DNA of 64,000 nt, from NCBI GenBank assembly GCA_963786935.1, contig CAWBAN010000001.1, positions 576,001 to 640,000 on the forward strand, read 5' to 3'. Position 1 is the first letter of the stretch. The number at the start of each line of letters is the position of its first letter. The notes under the pieces were generated by a model that saw nothing but the letters and a program-made list of their open reading frames with translations, searched no databases and was not told the origin of the DNA. Below are positions 22,001 through 30,416 of the stretch, in pieces. A program made the translations under genes and the position numbers. Source of the DNA: an uncultured bacterium (lineage in GTDB: Bacteria; Krumholzibacteriota; Krumholzibacteriia; Krumholzibacteriales; Krumholzibacteriaceae).

Positions 22001-22985
22001 GGGGCAGAAGTACCGGGTCGAGGGATCGGTCACCGCGGGCGGCTCCGTGCTCATGTCCTTTAACGGGACCGCCGACGTGATCGTTCAGGAGGCGGAATAC
22101 AAGATCGTCGAATCATTCTCGTCGGGGGGCGTTCCGATCACCCTGCGCTATGCGTTGCCCGGCAATGAGCTGTTCCGCGGGACGGTGGACGTCGCGGCGG
22201 GCAGATATACGATCGAGTTCGTCGTGCCGAAGCGATGCCACGCGGGCCCCGACGCGCGGATACGGAGCTACGTATCGTCCCCGGGCATCGACGGCGTGGG
22301 CGCCTGCGACACGCTTCGAATCGTTCAAGCGGAGACGCCGCGCCCCGATCTCGAACCTCCCTCCGTGAACGTTTATTTCGCCGGGCAGGCGACGAAGGTC
22401 AAGGCGGGTGCGCGGCTCATCGCCGAGATCTCCGATCCGGACGGGATCGCGATTCTCGGCACCGAGCCGCAGAGCTCGATCTTCCTCGAGTTCGACGGGA
22501 GCGGCTTCCCGGTGTACGTGACCGATTACTTCACGTACGATCACGGCTCCTATACGTCGGGAACGGTGGAGTATCCGCTCTCGGCCGGCTTCGAGCCGGG
22601 GCCGCATACGGTCATGATCAAGGCGTTCGACAACCTCGGGATGTCGTCCTCCGATACGCTTTCGTTCGAAATCGTCGAGGAGGGACTCTACGAGGTGAGC
22701 GACGTGTTCAACATCCCGAATCCGTTTTCCGAAAGCACGAATTTCGTTTTCCAGGTGACGAATCCCGCCGATGTCAGGCTCGCGGTCTTCACCGTGTCCG
22801 GAATCAAGGTCTGGGAACGGCGCATGGATGCCCTGGAAGGATTCAACGGCATCTATTGGGACGGCCGTGACGACGCGGGGGACCGGATCGCGAACGGGAC
22901 GTATCTGTACGTCCTCGAAGTCGAATTCAAGGACTCCTTCCACCGGACGGAGACGGTCAGGGGAAAGGCGGTCTTGCTTCGCTGA
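19002..22985 (+). CDS. porU: PorU-like C25 (gingipain-family) cysteine protease/sortase with a C-terminal T9SS-type/FlgD-Ig sorting domain
   Basis: Signal peptide; IYNNFS-like VYNNFSGG..DPVAIRNYLK, AIGR, NYNGHG (His), SFSCSVG (Cys), YLLLGDP; C-terminal IPNPF...WDGRD..G..IANGTYLY; directly upstream of the porV-like gene. Confidence 0.85.
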   Translation: MKKLLFAAALWTAFASPARAEIARVVSTSAGSVTVEIVVPEPSIAPVEGDGGERLSRVFVKGFYSLDVEGAPILPVRRLFFAVGSRDDVRLDVLEEETYFLGGVLPAVALDKGTFADERAALAKAPPLAEQRFVRFSGVETVRGRYCAFVDVQPVLFDPAAKGLSCARRLLIRLSFLPGAEGKPGSGAFLGGDLFVNAAQAASWSRVPAAAGAARTPFEFSLSPDWIKIRVRERGIYFVTYNDLLAAGANPSLIDPATLRLFSGGLYPEPDSLSQGGSWREDYHFTEHAILYRGQTGGSLQPTDTVFFYGLPAAGWVNDADPAGGAREYYKHPYDSMSVYWLTWGGDFAGAPRRMAERDVAPLFDPGDTLITWYEERIRAEQDLYYDPIYADDRWYWNFLKMNGSTTFQNEFFTRDVADGAGVMKTKAYGPYNYARYQNTATYRVNGVIAGTLTWIVTYGYNPSGMRILEAPVSNFVEGRNVFTATKPVDNEMYMFWYEIFYHRLLKAADGALNFGVPERERRARYELSGFPVGEKLLFDVTEDETPVLCVGWQPSEGGVGQIAFEDSLQGRPRRYAAVSRSALRKGSLSFASVPSLRDEIDCPDMVILHHGDFRDAALILKAHRERVFPGVAAPVVRAVDIADVYNNFSGGRKDPVAIRNYLKFLYDRGGCGGGAEPVIKYVLLIGNGTYDARNLLGQNNDFLPLYMNIRYPNESEGVEDEDFFVKLDGGVDRAPDLAIGRMSVLTSREASSWAQRIVDYEAAPDRGAWRGRVLLVADDEYSTHRDDDFEFLISTEELAGRAGPFPTPLDVEKIYLHVYPFDGDVKPEARKDFLKRWSDGALIINYNGHGSPLQMADERVMVNSDIYSLTNGARRPLLLSFSCSVGDLDSPYHRSMGQNMTTYDPGGAIGTIAAAAPTYLYPNKLLNETIYEKIFTSKDSTGTRPLGYALQLAKYDIVSQEGYESNNAKYLLLGDPAMSLAIPSYPVEHETAAIDTMQTGQKYRVEGSVTAGGSVLMSFNGTADVIVQEAEYKIVESFSSGGVPITLRYALPGNELFRGTVDVAAGRYTIEFVVPKRCHAGPDARIRSYVSSPGIDGVGACDTLRIVQAETPRPDLEPPSVNVYFAGQATKVKAGARLIAEISDPDGIAILGTEPQSSIFLEFDGSGFPVYVTDYFTYDHGSYTSGTVEYPLSAGFEPGPHTVMIKAFDNLGMSSSDTLSFEIVEEGLYEVSDVFNIPNPFSESTNFVFQVTNPADVRLAVFTVSGIKVWERRMDALEGFNGIYWDGRDDAGDRIANGTYLYVLEVEFKDSFHRTETVRGKAVLLR

Positions 22986-23107
22986 CGCTCCCGGACGCCC
23001 CTGAACCGGACGCGGAGATTTCGCCGCGGACGCCGGGCAAACAGCTTGACCCGGAAGAGGATGCCTATTATTTATAGTGTATAGCGGTTAGAATGGAGGA
23101 TCTGCGT

Positions 23108-24100
23108 ATGCTGAAGAATCTGACGGTATGGGGGCTGGCGGCGGTCTTGACCATTTCCCTGGCGGGCGCTCTTCGCGCCCAGGGAGAATCGGGAGCCCAT
23201 TGTCTCATCATTCCCCCGAGCGCCCGGGCGAACGGGCTCGGGCAGACGTATGTCGCGATCGCGGATGACGCCACGGGCATCTGGTGGAATCCCGCCGGGC
23301 TCGCGTTCGTGAATACGGCGGTGGATCTCATGCATTCGCAGCTCGTTCCGGAGCTCGCGTCGGACGTTTTCTACGAGTATTTCGGCGGCGCCTTCAAGGT
23401 CAAGGGGTTCGGGACGGTGGGCGCGTCGCTGATCTACCTCACGTACGGCGACTGGGAAGCTCGCGATCAGAACAACAACTATCTGGGGCAGTACTCGTCG
23501 TGGGAAATCGCCCCGACCCTGAGCGGCGCGGTCAAGGTCTGGAACGACCTCGGCATCGGCATGAATATCAAGTTCATCTATATCGACCTCGCGCCGAAGG
23601 AGGCGACCGTCGAAGGGCAGGCGGGACGGGGAAGCTCGGTGGCCGTCGACATGGGCGCGCTCTGGAGGATACCCGATTTCAAGGTCCTGGGATTCACGGT
23701 TTCGAGATTCGATCTCGGCCTGTGCGTGTCGAATCTCGGACCGTCCGTCAGCTTCGTGAACGTCGATCAGGCCGCGGAGCTCCCGCGAAACCTGCGCGCC
23801 GGATTCGCCTATACCCCGTACGCGAGCGATCTCGGCAGGGTGACCGTCGCGGCGGAGGTCAACCGGCCGCTCGTGGAGTTCGAGCGTTCGAATACCTACC
23901 ACGCCGGTGCGGAACTGTCCTATATCGATCTGATTTCGGTGCGCGTCGGCTACATGCACGACAGGGACGGCAACATCATGGACCCGACGTACGGGCTCGG
24001 ATTCAGCTTCAGCAAACGCTACCGGCTCGACTGGGCGAGCATTCCTCAGTCTCAGGAGCTCGGCAGGGTTCATCGCTGGTCGATCGGTTTCACGTTCTAG
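23108..24100 (+). CDS. porV: PorV/PorQ-family outer-membrane beta-barrel
   Basis: SARANGLGQTYVAIADDATGIWWNPAGLA signature; signal peptide; terminal SIGFTF; GGAGG RBS. Confidence 0.82.
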   Translation: MLKNLTVWGLAAVLTISLAGALRAQGESGAHCLIIPPSARANGLGQTYVAIADDATGIWWNPAGLAFVNTAVDLMHSQLVPELASDVFYEYFGGAFKVKGFGTVGASLIYLTYGDWEARDQNNNYLGQYSSWEIAPTLSGAVKVWNDLGIGMNIKFIYIDLAPKEATVEGQAGRGSSVAVDMGALWRIPDFKVLGFTVSRFDLGLCVSNLGPSVSFVNVDQAAELPRNLRAGFAYTPYASDLGRVTVAAEVNRPLVEFERSNTYHAGAELSYIDLISVRVGYMHDRDGNIMDPTYGLGFSFSKRYRLDWASIPQSQELGRVHRWSIGFTF

Positions 24101-24217
24101 CCCCTGGGAAAGGATTGAGGCGCCATCGACGGGGCATCGTTCCGGAAAGCCGGCGCGATCGGCCTGCCGCCGGTTCTTGCGCATGGCAGCCGTCGGGCGC
24201 TCAAGCGCGGAGGTCGT

Positions 24218-25168
24218 ATGCGGTTTGCAGTCGTTCCGTTCATGGCGATGCTGCTCGCGCTGCTGCCGGCCGGACCGTCCGGGGCATCGGGGCCCCCGAG
24301 CGTAAAGGAGAACCCGAGCGCCGCCGCGCCGGGGATCGGAACATCCGTGTTTCGCCCGGACGGCGATCTGATGCGCCCGAATGCCCTCATGCTCGGAGAG
24401 CGTCTCCCCGCTCACGCGACGCGAATGGCGACGCCGGGCGAATACCTCGCGCTCGCGCAGGGGGCGGGCGCGGCTCCCGGGAGGGTCCCCTGGACCCGCC
24501 GGAACACCGCGATCGCGATTCTCGCTTCCGCGGTTCTGCCGGGGATGGGAGAACTCTACTGCTACCGGTCCTCGCGCGATAATTGGACCCTCGCGAGGGT
24601 CCCCGTGTTTCTCGCCGTCGAGGGATACCTCTGGTACAGCTACGCCGACAATAAGGACATGGGAAAAGACGAAAAGGCGCGATATGAGGCATACGCCGAC
24701 GAGCACTGGAGCCTGGACAAGTTCCTCGCGGATCACCCGTGCTGCCAGGGGCTCGGCGGCTGCGAAAGCTACGATGACTATAACGAATCCTGCAAGAACG
24801 ATTACAACTATTTCTACTATACGCCCGTCGAGGATGATCGCGAGGAATACTACGAGAACATCGGCAAGTACAACGCGTTCGCTTTCGGCTGGGACGACTG
24901 CGTCATCATCGATACCGCCGATCCGAACTTCACGTATCAGACGCCGCACCGCGTGGAGTATGTGGGCATCCGCAACTCGAGCGACGACTACTTGCTGAAA
25001 GCCGACCAGAGTCTCATGGGGCTCATCGTGAACCGTGTCGTTTCCATGATCGACACGGCGTGGCTTTCGTACCAGCTCTCGAAGGGGCAGGATCCGGACA
25101 AGGGATGGGGGATCAGGTTCAGGACATTCGAGGAAACGCCCACCGTCGTCATCAATCGCCGCTTCTAG
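24218..25168 (+). CDS. Hypothetical exported/membrane protein (SxxLPGxG motif, DUF5683-like)
   Basis: Signal peptide, ASAVLPGMGELY, Cys/Tyr/Asp-rich middle, terminal Phe. Confidence 0.7.
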   Translation: MRFAVVPFMAMLLALLPAGPSGASGPPSVKENPSAAAPGIGTSVFRPDGDLMRPNALMLGERLPAHATRMATPGEYLALAQGAGAAPGRVPWTRRNTAIAILASAVLPGMGELYCYRSSRDNWTLARVPVFLAVEGYLWYSYADNKDMGKDEKARYEAYADEHWSLDKFLADHPCCQGLGGCESYDDYNESCKNDYNYFYYTPVEDDREEYYENIGKYNAFAFGWDDCVIIDTADPNFTYQTPHRVEYVGIRNSSDDYLLKADQSLMGLIVNRVVSMIDTAWLSYQLSKGQDPDKGWGIRFRTFEETPTVVINRRF

Positions 25169-25181
25169 GAGAGGAGAAACG

Positions 25182-26003
25182 ATGAGAAGAACCGTGACCG
25201 TCGCCGTGATCGTCGCGCTCGCCGGTTCGTGCATATCTTCATCGGCTTTCCCCGAATCGGTGTTCGACGAGGGACGTTTCGTGACGCCGCGACTCGTGCT
25301 CGAGTCCCCCGGCCCCGCGAGCGGTTTCGCGGCGTTCGGGCCGGTTTCGGACGGCGGGGCCGCGCTCGCGGACGGGGAGCAGGCGAAGGATATATCGGCG
25401 AAGAGCGCCGCCGGCTGGAGCCTGCTCCTGCCGGGGCTCGGACAGCAGCGCGCGGGGCATCCGGTTCGCGCGAAGGTCTATTACGCCGTCGAGGCGGCGG
25501 TGTGGATTTCGGTCGCGACCTTCGCCTGGATGGGCTACGACCGGGAGAACACGTACAAGGATTACGCGGTCGTGTACGGGAGCGTCAGCGGAACGGATCA
25601 TTCGGACGATTTCTACCGGACGATCGGAGAATATCCCGCGAGCGACGGTCCCGACGGCTATAACGATGCGGTGCGGCGCGAGGCGAGGGATCTCTACTAT
25701 CCCGACGTCGCGGCGATGGAATCCTACTACCGGTCCAACGCGATGACCGGGGACGAGAGCTGGGCGTGGAACGGCGAGTCCGAATACCGGCGCTACGGCG
25801 ATATCCGCGACGGGAGCCGCTTCGCCTACCGGATCGCGCTCTACGCGGCGCTCGGCGCCGTCGCCCTCAGGATCGTGAGCGCCGCCGACGCGGTGAGGAC
25901 CGTTCACGTCGATCAGAATCCCCCGGCGACCGAAGGCGCGACGTCGATCGGAATCGAGCGGCGTTCCCAGGGAGTCGCGCTCTGCGTGCAGCGATCGTTC
26001 TAG
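25182..26003 (+). CDS. Hypothetical exported/membrane protein, apparent paralog of the upstream gene
   Basis: GAGGAG RBS, signal peptide, WSLLLPGLGQ, terminal Phe. Confidence 0.7.
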   Translation: MRRTVTVAVIVALAGSCISSSAFPESVFDEGRFVTPRLVLESPGPASGFAAFGPVSDGGAALADGEQAKDISAKSAAGWSLLLPGLGQQRAGHPVRAKVYYAVEAAVWISVATFAWMGYDRENTYKDYAVVYGSVSGTDHSDDFYRTIGEYPASDGPDGYNDAVRREARDLYYPDVAAMESYYRSNAMTGDESWAWNGESEYRRYGDIRDGSRFAYRIALYAALGAVALRIVSAADAVRTVHVDQNPPATEGATSIGIERRSQGVALCVQRSF

Positions 26004-26037
26004 GATTGTCCGCCGGTGGCCCGGCAGGCGGCGCGAG

Positions 26038-27021
26038 ATGAAACGCATCGTACCGGCACTCGTGATTCCGCTGATGCTCTGCGCGGCGGCGCCGCGCTCC
26101 TCCGGCTCAGCGCCGGCGCGCGCCGACACCTTGGGCGTTTCCGCGCACGCCGCGGATTCGGCGGCGCTCCCGTTGGCACCCGACACATCGAAGGCGATCC
26201 GAATCGAGGAGGCCGCGCTCCGTTTCGGCGCGGGGGATCTGCGCGAGCCGACCGGGCTCGACGTCGATACGCGGGGGAACGTTTACGTCGCCGACGCGAT
26301 GGCCGGCAAGGTGTTCCGGTATACGCCGGACGGCGCGTCCCTCGAGTTCGAGCGTCCGACGAGCGGCGCCGCGTTCTATCCCATCGATGTCGCCGTTCAG
26401 GAGTCGTTCATCCTCGTCCTCGATTATTCGCGGAACGGAATCGTGCGCTTCGACTCGTGGGGCAGCTATCTCGACGTCCTGCTGTCGTTCGACGTGTTCG
26501 ATCGGGTCCGTCCCGTCTCGATCACCGTGGAGCCGGGAGGCAGCCTCATCACGTCGGACGTGGCGAATCACACCGTGATCCTGTGGACGCCGCTCTACGA
26601 CCGCGAGCTGACCATCGGGGAGTTCGGGCGGGGACCGGGGAGGTTCAACGCGCCCCGCAAAGCGGCCTTCCTGCCGGACAAGGGGATCGTCGTCGTCGAG
26701 TCGGGGAACGCGCGGCTCCAATTCTTCTCTCCGTCCGGCCGGTACGAACGGATCGTGCAGCCGCCTCCGGAGCGGCCGTTCGCATCGCCGCGTTCCGTCG
26801 AGACCGATCACGCCGGCACGATATTCGTCTGCGACGCGAAGCAGGGCCGCATCTTCGTCTTCACCGCCGAAGGCGAGTTCGTCACGGACATCGATTCGTA
26901 TGCGGGAGAGGCCATCTCCCCGGCTGCGGCCGCCGCCGGCTGGGACAATACGCTCTACGTGGCCGATCTTAAATCCCGCTCCGTGATCGTGTACCGGCTT
27001 CGCTACCCCCCTGAACGATAA
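26038..27021 (+). CDS. Secreted NHL-repeat beta-propeller protein
   Basis: Repeats PTGLDVDTRGNVYVAD, YPIDVA, GRFNAPR, FASPRSV, LYVAD. Confidence 0.85.
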   Translation: MKRIVPALVIPLMLCAAAPRSSGSAPARADTLGVSAHAADSAALPLAPDTSKAIRIEEAALRFGAGDLREPTGLDVDTRGNVYVADAMAGKVFRYTPDGASLEFERPTSGAAFYPIDVAVQESFILVLDYSRNGIVRFDSWGSYLDVLLSFDVFDRVRPVSITVEPGGSLITSDVANHTVILWTPLYDRELTIGEFGRGPGRFNAPRKAAFLPDKGIVVVESGNARLQFFSPSGRYERIVQPPPERPFASPRSVETDHAGTIFVCDAKQGRIFVFTAEGEFVTDIDSYAGEAISPAAAAAGWDNTLYVADLKSRSVIVYRLRYPPER

Positions 27022-30000
27022 TGCGCGCATCCGCACGTGCAGCAGCCGTCGTCGTCACCTTCCTCTGCGGGGCCTGGTCCGCCGCGGCGTTCGCCGGCGA
27101 GTCGGCCGGCGGCGCCGTCGAGCGCGCCGTCGAGCGGCGCTCGTTCGTCCTCGAGCCGGGACAGACGAAGATCGAGATCGGGCGGTCCTTCATCGTTCCG
27201 GAGAGCGATTCCGTGACGGTTGACGGGGCGCCGCTCCAGCGAGGGAGCGCTTACCGCATCAACACGCTGCGGGGCTCGATCGTGCTCGTGAAGAGCGCGG
27301 CGGGGGGAGAGCGCCTCGTCGTGCGATTCTCCCGCTATCCGCTCCCGTTCGGTCCCGTGTTCGCCTCCCGCGTCGCCGAGGGGGCTCCGCCGCTGCCGAT
27401 CGAGCCCCTCGTCTCCCCGACGCCGGCGCGAGAGGTGAGCCGCGCCGCCGAGCCCTACCAGCTCCGGCTTTCGGGGAGCAAGACCGTCGGCGTCAACGTC
27501 GGTTCCAACAAGGATCTCGGCATCGATCAGAGCCTCCGCGTCACGATGGTCGGCAAGGTCGCGCAGGATCTCGAAGTGAATGCGTTCCTCACCGACGATA
27601 ACCTTCCCGTGCAGCCCGAGGGCAATACCGAGGAGCTCAAGTACATCGACAAGGTCTCCGTGCAGGTGAAGGCGAAGCATACCGAAGTGCAGCTCGGCGA
27701 TTTCACCTCCGCGCTCGCCTGGTCGCAGTTCTCCTCGTATCAGCGCGAGCTCCGCGGCGCGGCGGCGAGCGTCAACGCGCGGGGACAGACGTTCGCCGCG
27801 GGGGGAGGCGTGGCGAAGGGGAGGTTCAAAACGGCGACCTTCACGGGAAAGGAAGGGGTGCAGGGTCCGTACGAGCTGCTGCCCGCGAGGAGATTCAACG
27901 CCGTGATCATCCTCCCCGGCACCGAGCGAGTCTATTTCAACGGCCGGCTGCTCAAGCGCGGGAGCGAGAACGAGTACACGATCGATTACAGCCGCGGCGC
28001 CGTCACCTTCATGGAGCGGGTGACCGTCACGGACGATTCCGAGATCGTGATCGATTACGAGATGAGCGAGGACAGCTACGAGCGGACGACGGTCACCGGC
28101 GGTTGGGCGCTCGCCGGCCCCGGCCGCGCGTTGAACCTGCGAGCCTTCTTCTTTCAGGAGTCGGACGATGCGGGGCAGCCGACGTTCGGCGAGATCGGGG
28201 AAGAAGAGAAGACCGTTCTCGAAGGCGCGGGGGATGATCCGACGAAGGCGGTCACGTCGGGAATCGAACAGGTGGAGCCGGGAAAAGGGGACTATATCCT
28301 CGTGGCGGCCGACACGCTGCCGGCCCATTTCCGGTTCGCCGAATCGAGCGGGGACTACTCCCTCGATTTTTACGAGGCCGGCGCCGGCACGGGAGATTAC
28401 GTCGTCGACGGTTTCTCGGCGAGCGGGACCGTCAAGTACCGGTACGCCGGAACGGGGAAGGGGGATTTCCTGATCGGGAAATTCGTGCCGCTGCCGGAGC
28501 GCAAGAGGCTCTTCACGCTGGGCGCCTCCGCCGCGCGGGGCGCGCTCTTCTTCGACGCCGAGGGAAACGTGAGCGTTCACGACCGGAACATCATGTCCGC
28601 CTCCGGTGACGACGACAACACGGGGAAGGCGGTGAAGTTCTCCGGAGGGTTGCGGGACCTCGACGTCGCCGCCGCGAAGCTCTCCCTCACCGGAGAGTAT
28701 TCGACGCTCGACGACCGCTTCGCCTCGCCGGACAAGCGGAGGGAATCGTACTTCTACCGGGAGTGGGGTCTCGAGGGTCTCGCGTTTTCGGGGCGCGAGG
28801 CGATCGCGGGCGGCGGATTCTCGCTCGCCGGAGTCCGGCCGTGGAAGCTCTCGGGCACCTATCTCTCGCTCTCCCGGGGGACCGCGCTGTCGGCCCGGAA
28901 GGTCGACGTCGCCGGCACGGTCGGCGACATGGGCGGGCGCGGGCTCTCGGTCAGGGGATTCGACTCGAGGGCGGGAAGCGAACGGGAGCGGCGTTTCGCG
29001 CAGGGGAGCGGCGTGCTCTCGTTCTGGCATCTGGTTCCGCGCGCGATCGTCGAGGTCGAGCGCTACGAGGCGGCGTCCGCCGCCGCTCCCGATACGGGAC
29101 GGTATTACCGGCAGGGCGTTCTCTCGCTCGCGGGACGGGACATCGGCGCCTACCGGGCGAACGTGTCCCTCACGAAGCGGCTCACCGACGAGCTCGATAC
29201 GCTCCGCGCCGCGTGGTTCCGCGCGCGGGAGAACGACGAGATCGGGTTCGACGGCGGATATGCCAGCGGCGGGCGCATCCTCGAGCTCCTCGCGACGCAC
29301 CGCCGGACCCGCGAAGCGCAGTTCGACGACGTCTCGTGGTACAACCTCGCACGGGCGCGGGCGCGCGATTCGTGGGAAAAGGCCGCGCTCGCCGCGGACC
29401 TGAGCTACCGCATGAGCGCCGGGCAGGAGCGCACCCGGCAGCGGGCGATCGTGTACGTCGGCGAGAACCAGGGGGATTACGACAAGGAGGGGCGCGAGGT
29501 CGGGCAGAAGCGCGGCGACTACATGGTCCTCTACCTCCCGGGAGGGGACACGGAGCCCGTGCGGACGGTGGAGTTCGCCATACAGGTGAGCCTCGGCGCC
29601 GGCGCGCGCGGCATCGGCGGAGAGGTCGGAAACGGCGGCTTCTTCGGCGCGCTCAAGAGGGAAGTCGCGATCGACCATTCGTTCACCGTGACCGAGACGT
29701 CGCGGACCGACGATCTCGGGGGGCTCTATCTCCTGCGGCCGTCGCTCCTCCAGCGGGACGACGTCACCGTGTACGGGGTGAACAAGCTCCGCGAGGAGGT
29801 CACGCTCTTCAATTCGTCGAGGATCTTCAAGCTCCGCGTCACGTTCTCCCGCGAGGACGAGGAGGACAACCGGCTCGAGGGATCGTTCACCGAGCTCTAC
29901 TTCCGGGAGACGCGCGCGCGGATCGAATCGGCTCCGTGGGACGCGCTCGCCTTCACCTGGGAGGCGGGCTCGGCGCTGCGCGAGCGCTCGGCGACGGGAT

Positions 30001-30416
30001 TCTCGGGCCAGAACTACCGCGTCGGCACGAGGTCGCTCGCCCAGATTCTCCATTACCGGTTCAATCCGTCGACCAAGCTCTCGTTCGAGCTCGGGGCGGA
30101 GGATCGCGTGGACGACGTGTCGGCGGCGGAGCAGATTTCGTACATGGCGACCCCCTCGCTCACCTCGTCGATCGGCGAACGGGTCAACGTCTCCGCGTTT
30201 TTCAAGGTGACCTATACGGACGCGAAATCCGAGACGGGAAAGCCGCTTTTTTTCCTCGAGGAGGGGCTCCGCGAGGACTGGAGCGCCATGGGGCAATACC
30301 GCATCTCGAGGAACATCAGCTTCGGGCTCAATTACACGGGGCGCCGCGAGAAAAACTACGCGGGGGAGGTGAAGGCGGTACATGACCTCAAGGTTGAGAG
30401 CCGCGCTTCTTTCTAG
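27021..30416 (+). CDS. Large predicted outer-membrane beta-barrel protein of unknown function
   Basis: Signal peptide, long run of alternating-polarity strands, terminal VESRASF; TAATG coupling with the NHL gene. Confidence 0.75.
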   Translation: MRASARAAAVVVTFLCGAWSAAAFAGESAGGAVERAVERRSFVLEPGQTKIEIGRSFIVPESDSVTVDGAPLQRGSAYRINTLRGSIVLVKSAAGGERLVVRFSRYPLPFGPVFASRVAEGAPPLPIEPLVSPTPAREVSRAAEPYQLRLSGSKTVGVNVGSNKDLGIDQSLRVTMVGKVAQDLEVNAFLTDDNLPVQPEGNTEELKYIDKVSVQVKAKHTEVQLGDFTSALAWSQFSSYQRELRGAAASVNARGQTFAAGGGVAKGRFKTATFTGKEGVQGPYELLPARRFNAVIILPGTERVYFNGRLLKRGSENEYTIDYSRGAVTFMERVTVTDDSEIVIDYEMSEDSYERTTVTGGWALAGPGRALNLRAFFFQESDDAGQPTFGEIGEEEKTVLEGAGDDPTKAVTSGIEQVEPGKGDYILVAADTLPAHFRFAESSGDYSLDFYEAGAGTGDYVVDGFSASGTVKYRYAGTGKGDFLIGKFVPLPERKRLFTLGASAARGALFFDAEGNVSVHDRNIMSASGDDDNTGKAVKFSGGLRDLDVAAAKLSLTGEYSTLDDRFASPDKRRESYFYREWGLEGLAFSGREAIAGGGFSLAGVRPWKLSGTYLSLSRGTALSARKVDVAGTVGDMGGRGLSVRGFDSRAGSERERRFAQGSGVLSFWHLVPRAIVEVERYEAASAAAPDTGRYYRQGVLSLAGRDIGAYRANVSLTKRLTDELDTLRAAWFRARENDEIGFDGGYASGGRILELLATHRRTREAQFDDVSWYNLARARARDSWEKAALAADLSYRMSAGQERTRQRAIVYVGENQGDYDKEGREVGQKRGDYMVLYLPGGDTEPVRTVEFAIQVSLGAGARGIGGEVGNGGFFGALKREVAIDHSFTVTETSRTDDLGGLYLLRPSLLQRDDVTVYGVNKLREEVTLFNSSRIFKLRVTFSREDEEDNRLEGSFTELYFRETRARIESAPWDALAFTWEAGSALRERSATGFSGQNYRVGTRSLAQILHYRFNPSTKLSFELGAEDRVDDVSAAEQISYMATPSLTSSIGERVNVSAFFKVTYTDAKSETGKPLFFLEEGLREDWSAMGQYRISRNISFGLNYTGRREKNYAGEVKAVHDLKVESRASF

